Source: an uncultured delta proteobacterium (GTDB lineage: Bacteria > Myxococcota > Myxococcia > Myxococcales > Anaeromyxobacteraceae). Taken from it: DNA of 64,000 nt. The stretch covers positions 192,001-256,000 of the forward strand of contig CAVYBH010000012.1 of the NCBI GenBank assembly GCA_963766715.1, read 5' to 3'. Under the pieces are notes generated by a model. The model was not told the DNA's origin and did not search any database. It saw only the letters and a program-made list of their open reading frames with translations. Below are positions 32,975 through 43,752 of this stretch, in pieces. How positions within the stretch are numbered: position 1 is the stretch's first letter; each line of letters starts with the position of its first letter. The translations under genes and the position numbers were made by a program.

Positions 32975-35370
32975 CCGATCCGGCGGAAGGCGAGTGCGCC
33001 GGACTCGACGGCGACCTCGAGCTCGTCCCCGGGCACGAGCTCCCCGGAGAGGATGCGCTCGGCGATGGGCCCCTCGACGAGCCGCTGCACCGCGCCGCGC
33101 ATGGGGCGCGCCCCGAGCGAGGCGTCGAAGCCGCCGGTCGAGAGCAGGTGCTCCACCACGTCGTCCCCGGCGAAGAACCGGATGCGGCGCTCGGCGACCA
33201 GGCGGTCGGAGGACTGCCGGAGCAGGAGGGAGGCCACGCGGGCCACGTCCTCCCGGGAGAGCGCCGGGAAGACCAGCCGCTCGTCGAGCCGGTTCCAGAG
33301 CTCCGGAGGGAGCGCGCCGCGGGCCGCCTGCGCCGCGCGGTCCTCCCGGGTTCCGGCCGCGTCGGCGGGGCCGAAGCCCATCACGCCCGTGGCCGACCGG
33401 GTGGCCTCGAAGCCGCCGAGGTTGGTGGTGAGCACGACGACGGTGGACGAGAAGTCGACCTGCCGGCCGCGGCCGTCGGTGAGCCGCCCCTCCTCGAGCA
33501 CCTGGAGGAGGAGCAGCAGGACGTCGCGGTGGGCCTTGTCGATCTCGTCGAGGACCACGACGCTGGCGGGGCGCCGGCGCACCGCGTCGGTGAGCTGGCC
33601 GCCCTCGCCGTAGCCGACGTAGCCGGGAGCCGCGCCGACCAGCCGGGCCACGCCGGTGGGCTCGCTGCACTCGCTCATGTCGAGCCGGACGAGCGCCTGG
33701 TCGCTGCCGAAGAGCGCGTCGGCGAGGGCCCGCGCCAGCTCGGTCTTGCCGACGCCGGTGGGGCCGAGGAAGAGGAAGCTGCCCATGGGGCGGCGCGAGG
33801 CGAACCCGGCGAAGTTCCGGCGCAGCACCCGGGCCACCCGCGCGATGGTCTCGGAGTGCCCCACGATGCGGGAGGCGAGCGCGTCCTCGAGCCCGAGGAG
33901 GCGATCCCGATCCCCCGAGACGAGCCGCGACTCGGGGATGCCGGCCATCTGCGCCACCACCCGCGCCACGTCGGCGGCGCCCACCTCGGCGACCCCCTGC
34001 CTGCGGGCCCGCGAGCCCGCCAGGTCCATCGCCGCCACGGCCTTGTCGGGCAGGAACCGATCGCGGACGTAGCGGGAGGTGAGGGAGGCAGCCGCCTCGA
34101 CGGCATCCCCGGCGAAGCGGACGGCGTGGTGCTGCTCGTAGCGCGGCAGGATGCCCTGGAGGATCCGGATGGTGTCGGGGACGGACGGCTCGCGCACCAG
34201 GACGGGCGTGAAGCGCCGTTCCAGCGCCGGGTCCCGCTCGATGTGCTTGCGGTACTCGTCGTGGGTCGTGGCGCCGATGCAGGGGAACTCGCCCCGGGCC
34301 AGGCCGGCCTTGAGCTCGTTGGCGGCGTCCTGGGGCCCCTCGCCGGTGGAGCCGGCGCCCATCACGGTGTGGATCTCGTCGATGAAGACCACGACGCGCC
34401 CCTCGGCGCGCCGGACCTCGTCCTGGATTCCGCGGAGCTTCTCGGAGAAGGAGCCGCGCAGCTGGGTGCCGGAGAGCACGCTCGCCATGTCGAGCTCGAC
34501 GACGACGCGAGGCGATCCCTGGGCCAGCATGCGCTGGGCGACGCCCTCGACGATGGCGGTCTTGCCGACGCCGGCCTCGCCGACCAGCAGCGGATTGTTG
34601 GTGCGACGCTTCCCCAGGACGTCGAGCGCCTGCTCCACCTCGATCTCGCGACCGACCAGCGGGTCCAGCCGGCCGGAGGCGGCCAGCTCGGTCAGGTTGC
34701 GCCCCAGCTGGGAGAGCCAGGGAAAGTCGGCGGGCTCGAGCGCGTGCGCGGAGCGGGGGCGGCCGGCCGCGGGCGCGGAGGGAGCGCTCGAGGGGCGGGC
34801 TGCCGGGCGCGGAGAGAGGTCGAGCGCGGAGGCGTCGACCTCGTCGTCGCCGGCCTCCAGGTCGAGGTCGCCATCGCCCGGATCCTCCCGGGGCGCGGCG
34901 GGACGGCGGGCGACCGGGGGCGGGGCCGCGCGGGTCGCGGGCTGGGGAACCCGGCGCAGGCGCCGGGGCATGCCCGCCGTGTAGTAGGAGAGGGCCACGT
35001 TGCGCAGGGCCGCCTGCTCGAGGCCGCAGGCAGCGAGCAGCTGGTGGGCGGCGCAGTGGCGCACCCGGGTCATGGCGATGAGCAGGTGGAGGCAGTCGGT
35101 CTCCTCCGCGCGCAGCCCCTCGGCGACCTGGCGCGCGCGGTCCCGCAGCGAGCGCTCGAGCCCGTCCGCCTCCTCCGGCGCCCCCGACATGCAGAGCAGG
35201 ATCCGGTCCTCGTCGACGCCCCGCTCGCGGAGCAGCATCTCGGCCCGGTTGGGCACGACGAAGAAGGCCAGGAGGAGGTGGGCGCTGGTCAGCCGCTGGT
35301 TGACGTTCCGCGCGATGTCGCCGGCCTCGGAGAGGACCTGGGCGAGCTCCATCGACTCGATGACGGGCAT
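32971..35370 (-). CDS. Hsp100 ClpA/ClpC-type AAA+ ATPase
   Basis: N-domain, GEAGVGKT, FIDEIH, GATT, DPALERRF, GPTGVGKT, GRLTDG, MGF ClpP-docking loop. Confidence 0.92.
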   Translation of the reverse strand: MPVIESMELAQVLSEAGDIARNVNQRLTSAHLLLAFFVVPNRAEMLLRERGVDEDRILLCMSGAPEEADGLERSLRDRARQVAEGLRAEETDCLHLLIAMTRVRHCAAHQLLAACGLEQAALRNVALSYYTAGMPRRLRRVPQPATRAAPPPVARRPAAPREDPGDGDLDLEAGDDEVDASALDLSPRPAARPSSAPSAPAAGRPRSAHALEPADFPWLSQLGRNLTELAASGRLDPLVGREIEVEQALDVLGKRRTNNPLLVGEAGVGKTAIVEGVAQRMLAQGSPRVVVELDMASVLSGTQLRGSFSEKLRGIQDEVRRAEGRVVVFIDEIHTVMGAGSTGEGPQDAANELKAGLARGEFPCIGATTHDEYRKHIERDPALERRFTPVLVREPSVPDTIRILQGILPRYEQHHAVRFAGDAVEAAASLTSRYVRDRFLPDKAVAAMDLAGSRARRQGVAEVGAADVARVVAQMAGIPESRLVSGDRDRLLGLEDALASRIVGHSETIARVARVLRRNFAGFASRRPMGSFLFLGPTGVGKTELARALADALFGSDQALVRLDMSECSEPTGVARLVGAAPGYVGYGEGGQLTDAVRRRPASVVVLDEIDKAHRDVLLLLLQVLEEGRLTDGRGRQVDFSSTVVVLTTNLGGFEATRSATGVMGFGPADAAGTREDRAAQAARGALPPELWNRLDERLVFPALSREDVARVASLLLRQSSDRLVAERRIRFFAGDDVVEHLLSTGGFDASLGARPMRGAVQRLVEGPIAERILSGELVPGDELEVAVESGALAFRRIG

Positions 35371-35447
35371 TGCCCCGCACGATGCGATATCGGGCGGATC
35401 CGGTCAATTATTCGGCGAATCCCGCTGCTTGGCGGCGCCCGGGGCGG

Positions 35448-36282
35448 TCAGTCGAGCCCGAGCTCCCGCAGCTGGTCCTCGTCGAGGCCGAGGAAGTGCC
35501 CGACCTCGTGGAGCAGGGTGACCCGGATCTCCTCGAGGAGCTCCTCCCGGCTGCGCGCGTAGCGCTCCAGGTTCCGCTGGAAGAGGGCGATCGACGACGG
35601 GAAGTGGCTCCAGGGATCCATCGACGCCTTCTGGCCGAGCGGAGAGCCGCGGAAGATCCCGAGAATCGAGGGGGAGTGGGGCGGGTCGGAGGCGAGGAGC
35701 TCCTCCACGTCGGGGAGGTCCTCGACCGATACGGCCACGTTGGCCAGGTACCTGCGCACCGGCTCGGGGAGCTCGGCCAGCGCCGCCTCCACGACCTCCT
35801 CGAACGCGTCGGGAGAGAGGGTGACGCCCGTCGCGAACTCCTCCGGCGCGAGCGTCCGGGCGCGGTCGAGGTGGCGGGCGGCAGCGGCGGCTCGCCCCAG
35901 GCGCTCGAAGCAGAGCCCCAGCAGCCAGTGGGACCAGGGGTCCTCCGGATCCTCGTGGAGGATCCGGGAAAGGACGTCGGCGGCCTCCTCGAACCGGCAC
36001 AGCTCGTGAAGCGCGTTCGCCTCCTCGGCCCAGACGTCCAGGTCGTCGGGGAAGGCTTCCGCAGCCACGGCGATGCGCGCGAGCGCGGTGCGGGCATCGC
36101 CGAGCGCCACGAGCGCCTGCCCCTCGGTCAGCGCGAGGCGCGCGCGGAGCTCCGAGGTCCTCGCCGCGCTCGGCCAGCCTGGAGCCCTCGGTCGCGAGCT
36201 CGAGGGCCCGCCCGGAGTCGCCGGCCTCCAGGGCGTCGATCGCCTCGTCGAGGAGCCGCTCCGCGGTGAGGTTGGCGGCCAC
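35448..36282 (-). CDS. TPR-containing zincin-like metallopeptidase (frameshift near 36150)
   Basis: TPR-like helices; EEIRVTLLHEVGHFLGLDEDQL (HExxH). Confidence 0.85.
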
Positions 36283-36291
36283 GTCGCGACC

Positions 36292-37650
36292 TCAGTGCGG
36301 CGCCGGCGGGAGCTCGGCCGCGGCGATGTAGACGACGTTGCGGGTGGTCTCCTTGCCCCGGTACATGGCCCGGTCGGCCAGCTCGAGCAGCATCGACTTC
36401 GAGGGCGCGTGCTCCGGGTGGCTGGCCAGTCCGATGGAGACGGTGAGGCGCACCGAGTGCCCCTCCCGCGAGAGGAAGCGATGGTCCTCGACCGCGCGCC
36501 GGATGCGTTCCGCCACCTTGAGGCCCCCGCCGGAGTCGACGGCCGCCAGGACGGCCACGAACTCGTCGCCCCCGTAGCGGACGAGCACGTCGTCGTCCCG
36601 GACGCAGGAGCGGAGCACGCGACCGAACTCTCCGAGGAGCCGGGAGCCCATGAGGTGGCCGTGCCGATCGTTCACCGACTTGAAGCGGTCGAGATCCATG
36701 AACAGCAGGGTGAACGGGCGGCCGCCGGCCAGCTCCCGCTCGAGCGCCACGTCGAGGAACCGGCTGTTGTAGAGGTGCGTGACGTCGTCCACGTAGGCGA
36801 GGTGCTCCACGTGGGAGAGGCGTCCGAGGGTCTTCAGCGCCATCCCCAGGTGGCGGCAGATGAAGGCGGCTCGCCCGGCCCGCTCCGCGTCGAGCGGGCC
36901 CGGCACGAGCAGGCAGATCGCGCCGAGGATGCGCGGCCCGTCCGAGAGGGGAAGGCACAGGCATCTCGAGGCCGGCTGGCCCGCGGCCTCCGGGAGCGCG
37001 ACGATCAGGGTCGCGTCGGGGACGAGATCGGAGAGGAGGGGCAGGGCGGGGGCGAGGAACTCGGGCGCGGCCTCGGCCGGGAGGCCGTGGACGCCGGTGA
37101 GTCGCCAGCCATCCGCCCCCTCCGGCTCGAGAAGGCCGGCGCCTCGTGCGCCACACCCCGAGGCGAGCGCAGGCAGCGCCAGCGCGACGACCTTGTCCCG
37201 TTCCAGCGTGCCGGTGATCCGCTGGCAGGTCTCGAAGAGGTTCACGTGGCCGCGAAGCGCGCTGTTCTCCGCCAGCAGCGCCCGGGTCGAGAGGCTCCGC
37301 TGGACCGCCAGCTGGAGGGCCTCCGGGGTCACGGGCTTCACCAGGTAGTCGGAGGCGCCGGCCCGCATGGCGCGCACCGCGGGATCCACCCGATCGAGCG
37401 CGGTGATCACCACCACCTGGACGTCGGGGTCGAGCTGCTTGGCGTCGGCGAGGAGCTGGAGCCCGTCTCCGCCGGGCATCACGATGTCGGTGAGGAGGAC
37501 GTCGAACCGACGCCCCTCGAGGATCCGGACCGCCGCGGGCGCGTTCTCGGCGACCTCGACGTCGTAGCCGGCCGCGCGCAGGTAGTCGGCGTACAGCGTC
37601 CGGGCAAAGCGCTCGTCGTCCACCAGGAGCACCGAAGCCGGCATGTCCAT
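36292..37650 (-). CDS. Response-regulator diguanylate cyclase (REC-GAF-like-GGDEF)
   Basis: LLVDD/TDIVMP receiver; DLDRFKSVND, RYGGDEF with RxxD (RDDD) I-site. Confidence 0.92.
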   Translation of the reverse strand: MDMPASVLLVDDERFARTLYADYLRAAGYDVEVAENAPAAVRILEGRRFDVLLTDIVMPGGDGLQLLADAKQLDPDVQVVVITALDRVDPAVRAMRAGASDYLVKPVTPEALQLAVQRSLSTRALLAENSALRGHVNLFETCQRITGTLERDKVVALALPALASGCGARGAGLLEPEGADGWRLTGVHGLPAEAAPEFLAPALPLLSDLVPDATLIVALPEAAGQPASRCLCLPLSDGPRILGAICLLVPGPLDAERAGRAAFICRHLGMALKTLGRLSHVEHLAYVDDVTHLYNSRFLDVALERELAGGRPFTLLFMDLDRFKSVNDRHGHLMGSRLLGEFGRVLRSCVRDDDVLVRYGGDEFVAVLAAVDSGGGLKVAERIRRAVEDHRFLSREGHSVRLTVSIGLASHPEHAPSKSMLLELADRAMYRGKETTRNVVYIAAAELPPAPH

Positions 37651-37667
37651 TGGTATACCATGATCAC

Positions 37668-38434
37668 ATGATCACCCCTCCGGGGCGTCAGGTGCTTCTC
37701 TTCTCGGCCGGGGGTATCCGCTTCGCTCTTCCGCTCCGCGCGGTGCGCGAGATCGCGCGGTTACCCCTCGATCCCGCCCGCCCGGCGCCCGCGCGAAGCG
37801 TTCAGCTGGCGGGTACGCTCGGCCTCGCCGGCGACCCCCGCTTCGCCTTGATCCTCGAGGGAGACGACGCCGGGGAGCTTCAGGTGGACGCGCTCGGCGG
37901 GGTGGGAGACCTGGCCCAGGCCGAGGTGTTCCGGCTCCCGGAACGCAGCGCCGGCGTGCGTCCGTCGCCGTTCGCCGCGGCGCTCCGCTTCGGCGACACG
38001 ATCCACCTGGAGCTTCGCCGTCGGCGCTGGAAGGATCCCGGCCGGTGTCGTGGCGGCCAGCCCCGGAGCAGGGCGATCGGCCGGCAGGCGAGCGGGAGCT
38101 CGTCGCCGAGCGGGGAGGGCGCGCGCTGGCCGTCCCGCTGTCCCTCGTCGTCCAGGTCATCGAGCCGGCGCGTCCGTCGCCCGTTCCGCTGGCCCCGCGT
38201 GGGCATCGCGGACTGCTCTACCACGGGCGCGCGATCCACCCGATCTGGGACGCCGCCTCGCTCCTCGGGTGGTCCGAGGACGGGGAGCCGCGGGTGAGCT
38301 TGCTCCTCGACGCCGGGGGGACGACGGCGGGGGTGCTCGTGGACCGCGTCCGGGGGGTGGGAGAGGGTGGTGTGGGCGAGACCGTGCGACGCCCGCACTG
38401 GGACGCGCTCCTCGCGCCCCTCGAGGTGGGATAA
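37668..38434 (+). CDS. Tandem CheW-like domain protein (frameshift near 38010-38050)
   Basis: FALPLRAVREI and LAVPLSLVVQVIE..PVPLAP..GLLYHGRAIHPIWD..GVLVDRV. Confidence 0.7.
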
Positions 38435-38447
38435 GTTGCGAGGAAGA

Positions 38448-38476
38448 TTGACACTCGGAGGAACCGCGCGTTAGCT
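38448..38476 (+). promoter_or_regulatory. Sigma70-like promoter upstream of romR
   Basis: TTGACA-N17-TTAGCT. Confidence 0.45.
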
Positions 38477-38506
38477 CTCCGAGACGCTCTCGCGCCCGAG
38501 ATTCCC

Positions 38507-39574
38507 ATGCCCAAGACCCTGCTCCTCGCCGACGATTCGGTCACCATCCAGAAGGTGGTCGGCATCATCTTCGCGACCGAGGACTACCGGATCGTGGCCG
38601 TGGAGAACGGCGACGACGCCTTGCGACGGGCCCGCGAGGCGAGGCCGGACATCGTCCTGGCCGACGCGGTCATGCCCCGCATGAACGGGTACGAGCTGTG
38701 CCAGGCGATCAAGGCCGACCCGCAGCTCGCCGACGTGCCCGTGCTGCTCCTGGCCGGGACCTTCGAGCCGTTCGACGAGGCGCGCGCCCGTGCGGCCCGC
38801 GCCGACGGCCACATCGCCAAGCCCTTCGAGAGCCACGCCCTGCTCACCCGGGTTCGCGAGCTGGTCGAGGGCGTCACCATCGAGGCGCCGCCGCAGCCGT
38901 ACGCGCGATCCGCCCCGCCCGCGGCGATCCCGCAGGCGCCCCCTCCCGGCCCGCCGAGGCGTGCGGTGCCGCCGCCCTTCGCTCCGCCGTCGCGGCCCGC
39001 CCCGCGGGCAGGGGTGGCCATTCCTCCCGCGGGCGCCCGCCCGGGTCCGCTTCCGGTGCCCGGCGCCCGAGGCCCCGGGCTCCGTCCCCCGATGCCGGGG
39101 ATTCCGCGGCCATCGGCCGGCGCGGTCCGCCCGCCGCCGTTTCCTCCGGCCGGGACCGCCGCCCGCGGCGCCAGCCCCGCGCCGCGCCCCTTCGCCCCCG
39201 CCCCGCCTCGGCCCGCCGCCCCGGTCCGTCCGCCGCCGCCGCCGGAGCCCTTCGGCTTCGCGCCGCCCCTGGCGGCCGACGACGACTGGAGCGACGTGTC
39301 CTCGGGGGAGATCGCGCTTCGGCCTCCGCCGCAGGCGCCCCGGCGTGAGGCGCCTGCGCCCGCCGCCCCGCCGCCGGCCCCCGTGGCCCACGCCGCTCCC
39401 CTGGCTCACGCGGCTCCCGCGGCCGACGGCGGAGAGGCCGCCCTCCGGCTCGCCCTGTCCCAGGCTTCCCGGGAAGTGATCGAGCGGATCGCCTGGGAGG
39501 TCGTGCCCCAGCTCGCGGAGGTGATCATCCGTGAGCACGTGGAACGCCTGGTGAACGAGCGCCAGAAGCGCTGA
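38507..39574 (+). CDS. romR: RomR polarity scaffold response regulator
   Basis: Receiver MPKTLLLADDSVTIQKV, long Pro-rich linker, C-terminal ALSQASREVIERIAWEVVPQLAE helix; sits just upstream of valS. Confidence 0.85.
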   Translation: MPKTLLLADDSVTIQKVVGIIFATEDYRIVAVENGDDALRRAREARPDIVLADAVMPRMNGYELCQAIKADPQLADVPVLLLAGTFEPFDEARARAARADGHIAKPFESHALLTRVRELVEGVTIEAPPQPYARSAPPAAIPQAPPPGPPRRAVPPPFAPPSRPAPRAGVAIPPAGARPGPLPVPGARGPGLRPPMPGIPRPSAGAVRPPPFPPAGTAARGASPAPRPFAPAPPRPAAPVRPPPPPEPFGFAPPLAADDDWSDVSSGEIALRPPPQAPRREAPAPAAPPPAPVAHAAPLAHAAPAADGGEAALRLALSQASREVIERIAWEVVPQLAEVIIREHVERLVNERQKR

Positions 39575-39649
39575 TCGAGGCGACGACCGCAGGGATGGGA
39601 GCCGAGGGAGCGCTCCTTCCGGTGCGGCGTGCGCCATGGAGAACGACGA

Positions 39650-42600
39650 GTGTCCGAGGAACGACCGACCCCGCCCGCGACCGAGCTGTCGAAGGCCTAC
39701 GACCACCAGGACGTCGAGCCCCGCTGGTACGCGACCTGGCTCGAGCGCGGCTACTTCCACGGCGACGAGAACGACCGGTCCCGGCCGGCCTTCTCCATCG
39801 TCCTGCCGCCGCCGAACGTCACCGGCTCGCTGCACCTCGGCCACGCGCTCACCGCCACCATCCAGGACATCCTGATCCGCTGGAAGCGCATGAGCGGCTT
39901 CAACGTCCTCTGGCTCCCCGGCACGGACCACGCCGGCATCGCCACGCAGATGGTGGTCGAGAAGGAGCTCCAGAAGACGGAGAAGAAGAGCCGCCACGAC
40001 CTCGGCCGCGAGGAGTTCCTGAAGCGCGTGTGGGCCTGGAAGGAGCAGTACGGCTCCCGCATCGGGGTCCAGCACCAGGCGCTGGGCGCCTCGCTCGACT
40101 GGCAGCGCGAGCGCTTCACCATGGACGAGGGGCTCTCCCGGGCCGTGCGCGAGGTCTTCGTGCGGCTCTGGGAGGAGGGGCTCATCTACCGGGCCAAGAA
40201 GCTCATCAACTGGTGCCCCAGGTGCCACACCGCGCTCTCCGACCTCGAGGTGAACTACGAGGAGAACCACCCCGGCGAGCTGTGGAGCTTCGCGTACCCC
40301 CTGGCCGACGGGTCGGGCGAGATCGTGGTGGCCACCACCCGTCCGGAGACCATGCTGGGAGACACCGCGGTCGCGGTTCACCCCGAGGACGAGCGCTGGC
40401 GCGCCGTGGTGGGCAAGAACGTCCGCCACCCCATCACCGGGCGCGAGTTCCCCGTGGTGGCCGACGCCATCCTGGTCGATCCGAAGTTCGGCACCGGGGC
40501 GGTGAAGGTCACGCCGGCCCACGACTTCAACGACTTCGAGGTGGCGCAGCGCCACGGCCTGCCGCTCATCGCCGTGATCGGTCCGGAAGGGAAGATGACC
40601 GCGGAGGCGGGCCCGTTCCAGGGGATGGACCGCTTCGAGGCGCGCAAGGCCGTGAAGGCGGCCATCGCGGAGAAGGGGCTCGACCGGGGCTCGAAGCCCC
40701 ACCTCCTGCCGCTGGGGCGCTGCCAGCGCTGCGAGACCGTGCTCGAGCCGCTCCTCTCCGACCAGTGGTACGTGAAGATCGAGCCGCTGGCGCGGCCGGC
40801 CATCGCCGCGGTGGAGGAGGGGAGGACCCGCTTCATCCCGGAGGGCTGGACCAACACCTACATGTCCTGGATGCGCAACATCCACGACTGGTGCATCTCG
40901 CGCCAGCTCTGGTGGGGCCACCAGATCCCGGCCTGGTACTGCGAGAACGGGCACGTCACCGTGGCGCGCCAGGCGCCGTCCGCCTGCGCCACCTGCGGCA
41001 GCGCGGCCCTGCGGCAGGACGAGGACGTGCTCGACACCTGGTTCTCGTCGGCGCTCTGGCCCTTCTCCACGCTGGGCTGGCCCGACCGCACCCGGGAGCT
41101 CGAGACCTTCTACCCGACCTCGGTCATGGAGACCGGGCACGACATCATCTTCTTCTGGGTGGCCCGGATGATGATGATGGGCATCCACTTCATGGGCGAC
41201 GTCCCCTTCCGCACCGTCTTCCTGCACCCCATGGTGCGGGACGAGAAGGGGCAGAAGATGTCGAAGACGAAGGGCAACGTCATCGACCCCCTGGAGATCA
41301 CCGGGAAGTACGGGGCCGACGCGCTGCGCTTCACGCTGGCCGCCCTGACGAGCGCGCAGGGGCGCGACATCAAGCTCGCCAAGGACCGCATCGAGGGCTT
41401 CCGGAACTTCGCGAACAAGCTCTGGAACGCCACCCGCTTCACCCTGATCAACCTGGACGCCGGGACCGATCCGTCGCGCGCCGAGGAGCTGGCGTGCACG
41501 CCGGCCGACCGGTGGCTGCTCGCCCGCCTTGCACGCGCGGTGAATTCGACCGTGGACGCGCTCGAGGCCTACCGCTTCGACGAGGCGGCGAGCACGATCT
41601 ACCGGTTCTGCTGGAACGATCTCTGCGACTGGGGCATCGAGCTCTACAAGGCGCTCGATCCCGACGACGCCGCCGGGAAGGCGGGCGCGCAGGCGGTGCT
41701 GGCCCACGCGCTCGACACGGCGCTCCGCCTGCTCCACCCCGTGATGCCCTTCGTCACCGAGGAGCTCTGGCAGATGCTGGGCCAGCGCGTGGGCGGGGGC
41801 GCGTGGCCCGCCTCGCTCCTCGAGGCGAAGTACCCGGCCCGCCGGCAGGTCGACGAGGCTGCCGAGCGCAGCTTCGGGCCGGTCCTGGGGGTGGTCGAGG
41901 CCATCCGCAACGTCCGCGGCGAGATGAGCGTTCCGTGGAAGACGCCGTTCCACGGCGTCGAGGTGGGAGGTCTCTCCGCCGAGGCGCTCGCGACGCTCCG
42001 CCTGGAGCAGCGGCGCGTGGAGCGGCTCGGCAACGCGCCGGGGCTCGTCCTGCACGAGGCCGGGCGCCCTGCCGGCCGACGTGCCCAGTGCGCGGTGTCG
42101 GTCGGCGACGGGTTCGAGGTGCTCATCCCGCTGGCGGGCGCCGTCGACATGGCGGCCGAGACGGCCCGCGTCGAGAAGGAGATCGCGAAGGTCGCCGCCG
42201 AGGTGGAGGGCGTGGCGAAGCGGCTCTCGAATCCGAGCTTCGTCGAGCGGGCGCCCGCCGAGGTGGTCGAGGAGGCGAAGGCCCGGGTCGTCGAGCTCGG
42301 CGAGAAGCGGCGCAAGCTGGAGGCGCACCGCGACCTGCTCGCGGGCGCACCGGTCGCCGCACCGGTCGAGGCGGCAGCAGCCGTCGCCGTCGTCCCGCCG
42401 GTCGAGGTGGCGGCCCCCGTGGGCGCCGCGCCCGCCGAGGTCTCCCGCGCCCGTCCCGCGGGCCGCGCCACTGGCTCGGCGGCAGCCCGCGCAGCTGGCC
42501 GTGAAGGCGGTGGCCGGGCTCGTCCGCAAGCTGGCCGGCCGGATTGTGAAGCGGACCTCCGCGGCGATGGTCCGCCGGACGCCCGCCCCGCTGGCGCTTC

Positions 42601-42854
42601 CCGGCGCGAAGGGCCAGAAGGGGCAGCCCACGCCGACCCGGAAGAACGGCGCGGGGAAGAAGGCCTCTGGAGGGCGCGTCGACGCGAAGAAGTCCGAAGA
42701 TGAAGAAGGTCGCCCCGAAGAAGGCGCCCCGAAGAAGGCGGCCCCCAGGAAGGCGGCCCCGAAGAAGGTCGCAGCGTCGAGGAAGCCCGCGGCGGGCAAG
42801 GCTGCGCGCAAGGGCAAGCCCTCCACCCGGCGGCCGACCCCCAGGAGGAGGTAG
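39650..42854 (+). CDS. valS: Valine--tRNA ligase with long Ala/Pro then Lys-rich C-terminal extension (indels in tail)
   Basis: PPPNVTGSLHLGH, DWCISRQLWWGH, KMSKT, C-terminal coiled coil LSNPSFVERAP. Confidence 0.95.
42702..42775 (+). repeat. Five ~15-bp tandem units encoding KKxAP
   Basis: GAAGAAGGTCGCCCC / GAAGAAGGCGCCCC (14 nt) / GAAGAAGGCGGCCCC / CAGGAAGGCGGCCCC / GAAGAAGGTCGCAGC. Confidence 0.85.
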
Positions 42855-42856
42855 CC

Positions 42857-43720
42857 GTGCCCGTGCTCTCCGGAGCCGTCGAGCGGCTCATCGACCTGGC
42901 CCTCGAGGAAGACCTCAACCTGGGTGACGCCACGAGCGAGGCCACCATCGCCGTGGCGGCGAGAGGGCGCGGCACCTTCCTGGCCAAGGACCCGCTCGTG
43001 CTGGCGGGGACGGCGGTGGCCGCCCGCATCTTCGAGCGGCTCGGGGCCGAATGCCGGTTCGACCGGACCGACGGGGACCGCGTCCGGAAGGGGGAGGTGT
43101 TCGGGGAGGCCGCGGGGCCGATGCGAACCCTGCTCGCGGCGGAGCGGACGTCGCTCAACTTCCTGCAGCGCCTCTCCGGCATCGCGACCGGGACGCGGGA
43201 GGCGGTCGACGCGCTCTCCTCGGCGGGCGGCAAGACCCGCCTGCTCGACACCCGGAAGACCACTCCGGGCTGGCGACGGCTGGAGAAGGAAGCCGTCCGG
43301 GCAGGAGGCGGGGTCAACCACCGCTTCTCGCTGGGCGACGGGATCCTCGTGAAGGACAACCACGTCGCGGCCTGCGGCGGGGTGGCCGAAGCGGTCCGGC
43401 GCGCCCGGTCCCGGGGAAACGCCATGTTGCGCGTCGAGGTCGAGGTCGTGGACCTGCCCGGCCTGGCGGAGGCCCTCTCCTCCGGCGCAGACATCGTCCT
43501 CCTCGACAACATGGACGACGCCACCATGGCCGAGGCGGTGCGGCTGACCGCCGGCCGGGCCCTCCTCGAGGCGAGCGGCAACATGACGCTCGAGCGCCTC
43601 CCCCGGGTGGCCGCCACCGGCGTCGACTTCGTCTCGATGGGGGCGCTCACCCACAGCGCCCGGGCAGCCGACATCTCCTTCGAGATCGAGCCGGCCGGCG
43701 GCACCCGCACGGTGGTTTGA
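42857..43720 (+). CDS. nadC: Nicotinate-nucleotide diphosphorylase (carboxylating)
   Basis: ALEED, ERTSLNFLQRLSGIAT, DTRKTTPG, NHRF, KDNH, LLDNM, EASG. Confidence 0.95.
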   Translation: MPVLSGAVERLIDLALEEDLNLGDATSEATIAVAARGRGTFLAKDPLVLAGTAVAARIFERLGAECRFDRTDGDRVRKGEVFGEAAGPMRTLLAAERTSLNFLQRLSGIATGTREAVDALSSAGGKTRLLDTRKTTPGWRRLEKEAVRAGGGVNHRFSLGDGILVKDNHVAACGGVAEAVRRARSRGNAMLRVEVEVVDLPGLAEALSSGADIVLLDNMDDATMAEAVRLTAGRALLEASGNMTLERLPRVAATGVDFVSMGALTHSARAADISFEIEPAGGTRTVV

Positions 43721-43746
43721 CAGCCGAGGGCGCCGACCCCGAGAAT
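43717..43746 (+). promoter_or_regulatory. Sigma70-like promoter for birA, probably leaderless
   Basis: TTGACA-N18-GAGAAT, then 6 nt to ATG 43753. Confidence 0.55.
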
Positions 43747-43752
43747 CTCCGG

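Noticed and set aside
38880..39420. Pro-rich low-complexity stretch as a repeat element
   Set aside because: It is the disordered linker expected in RomR
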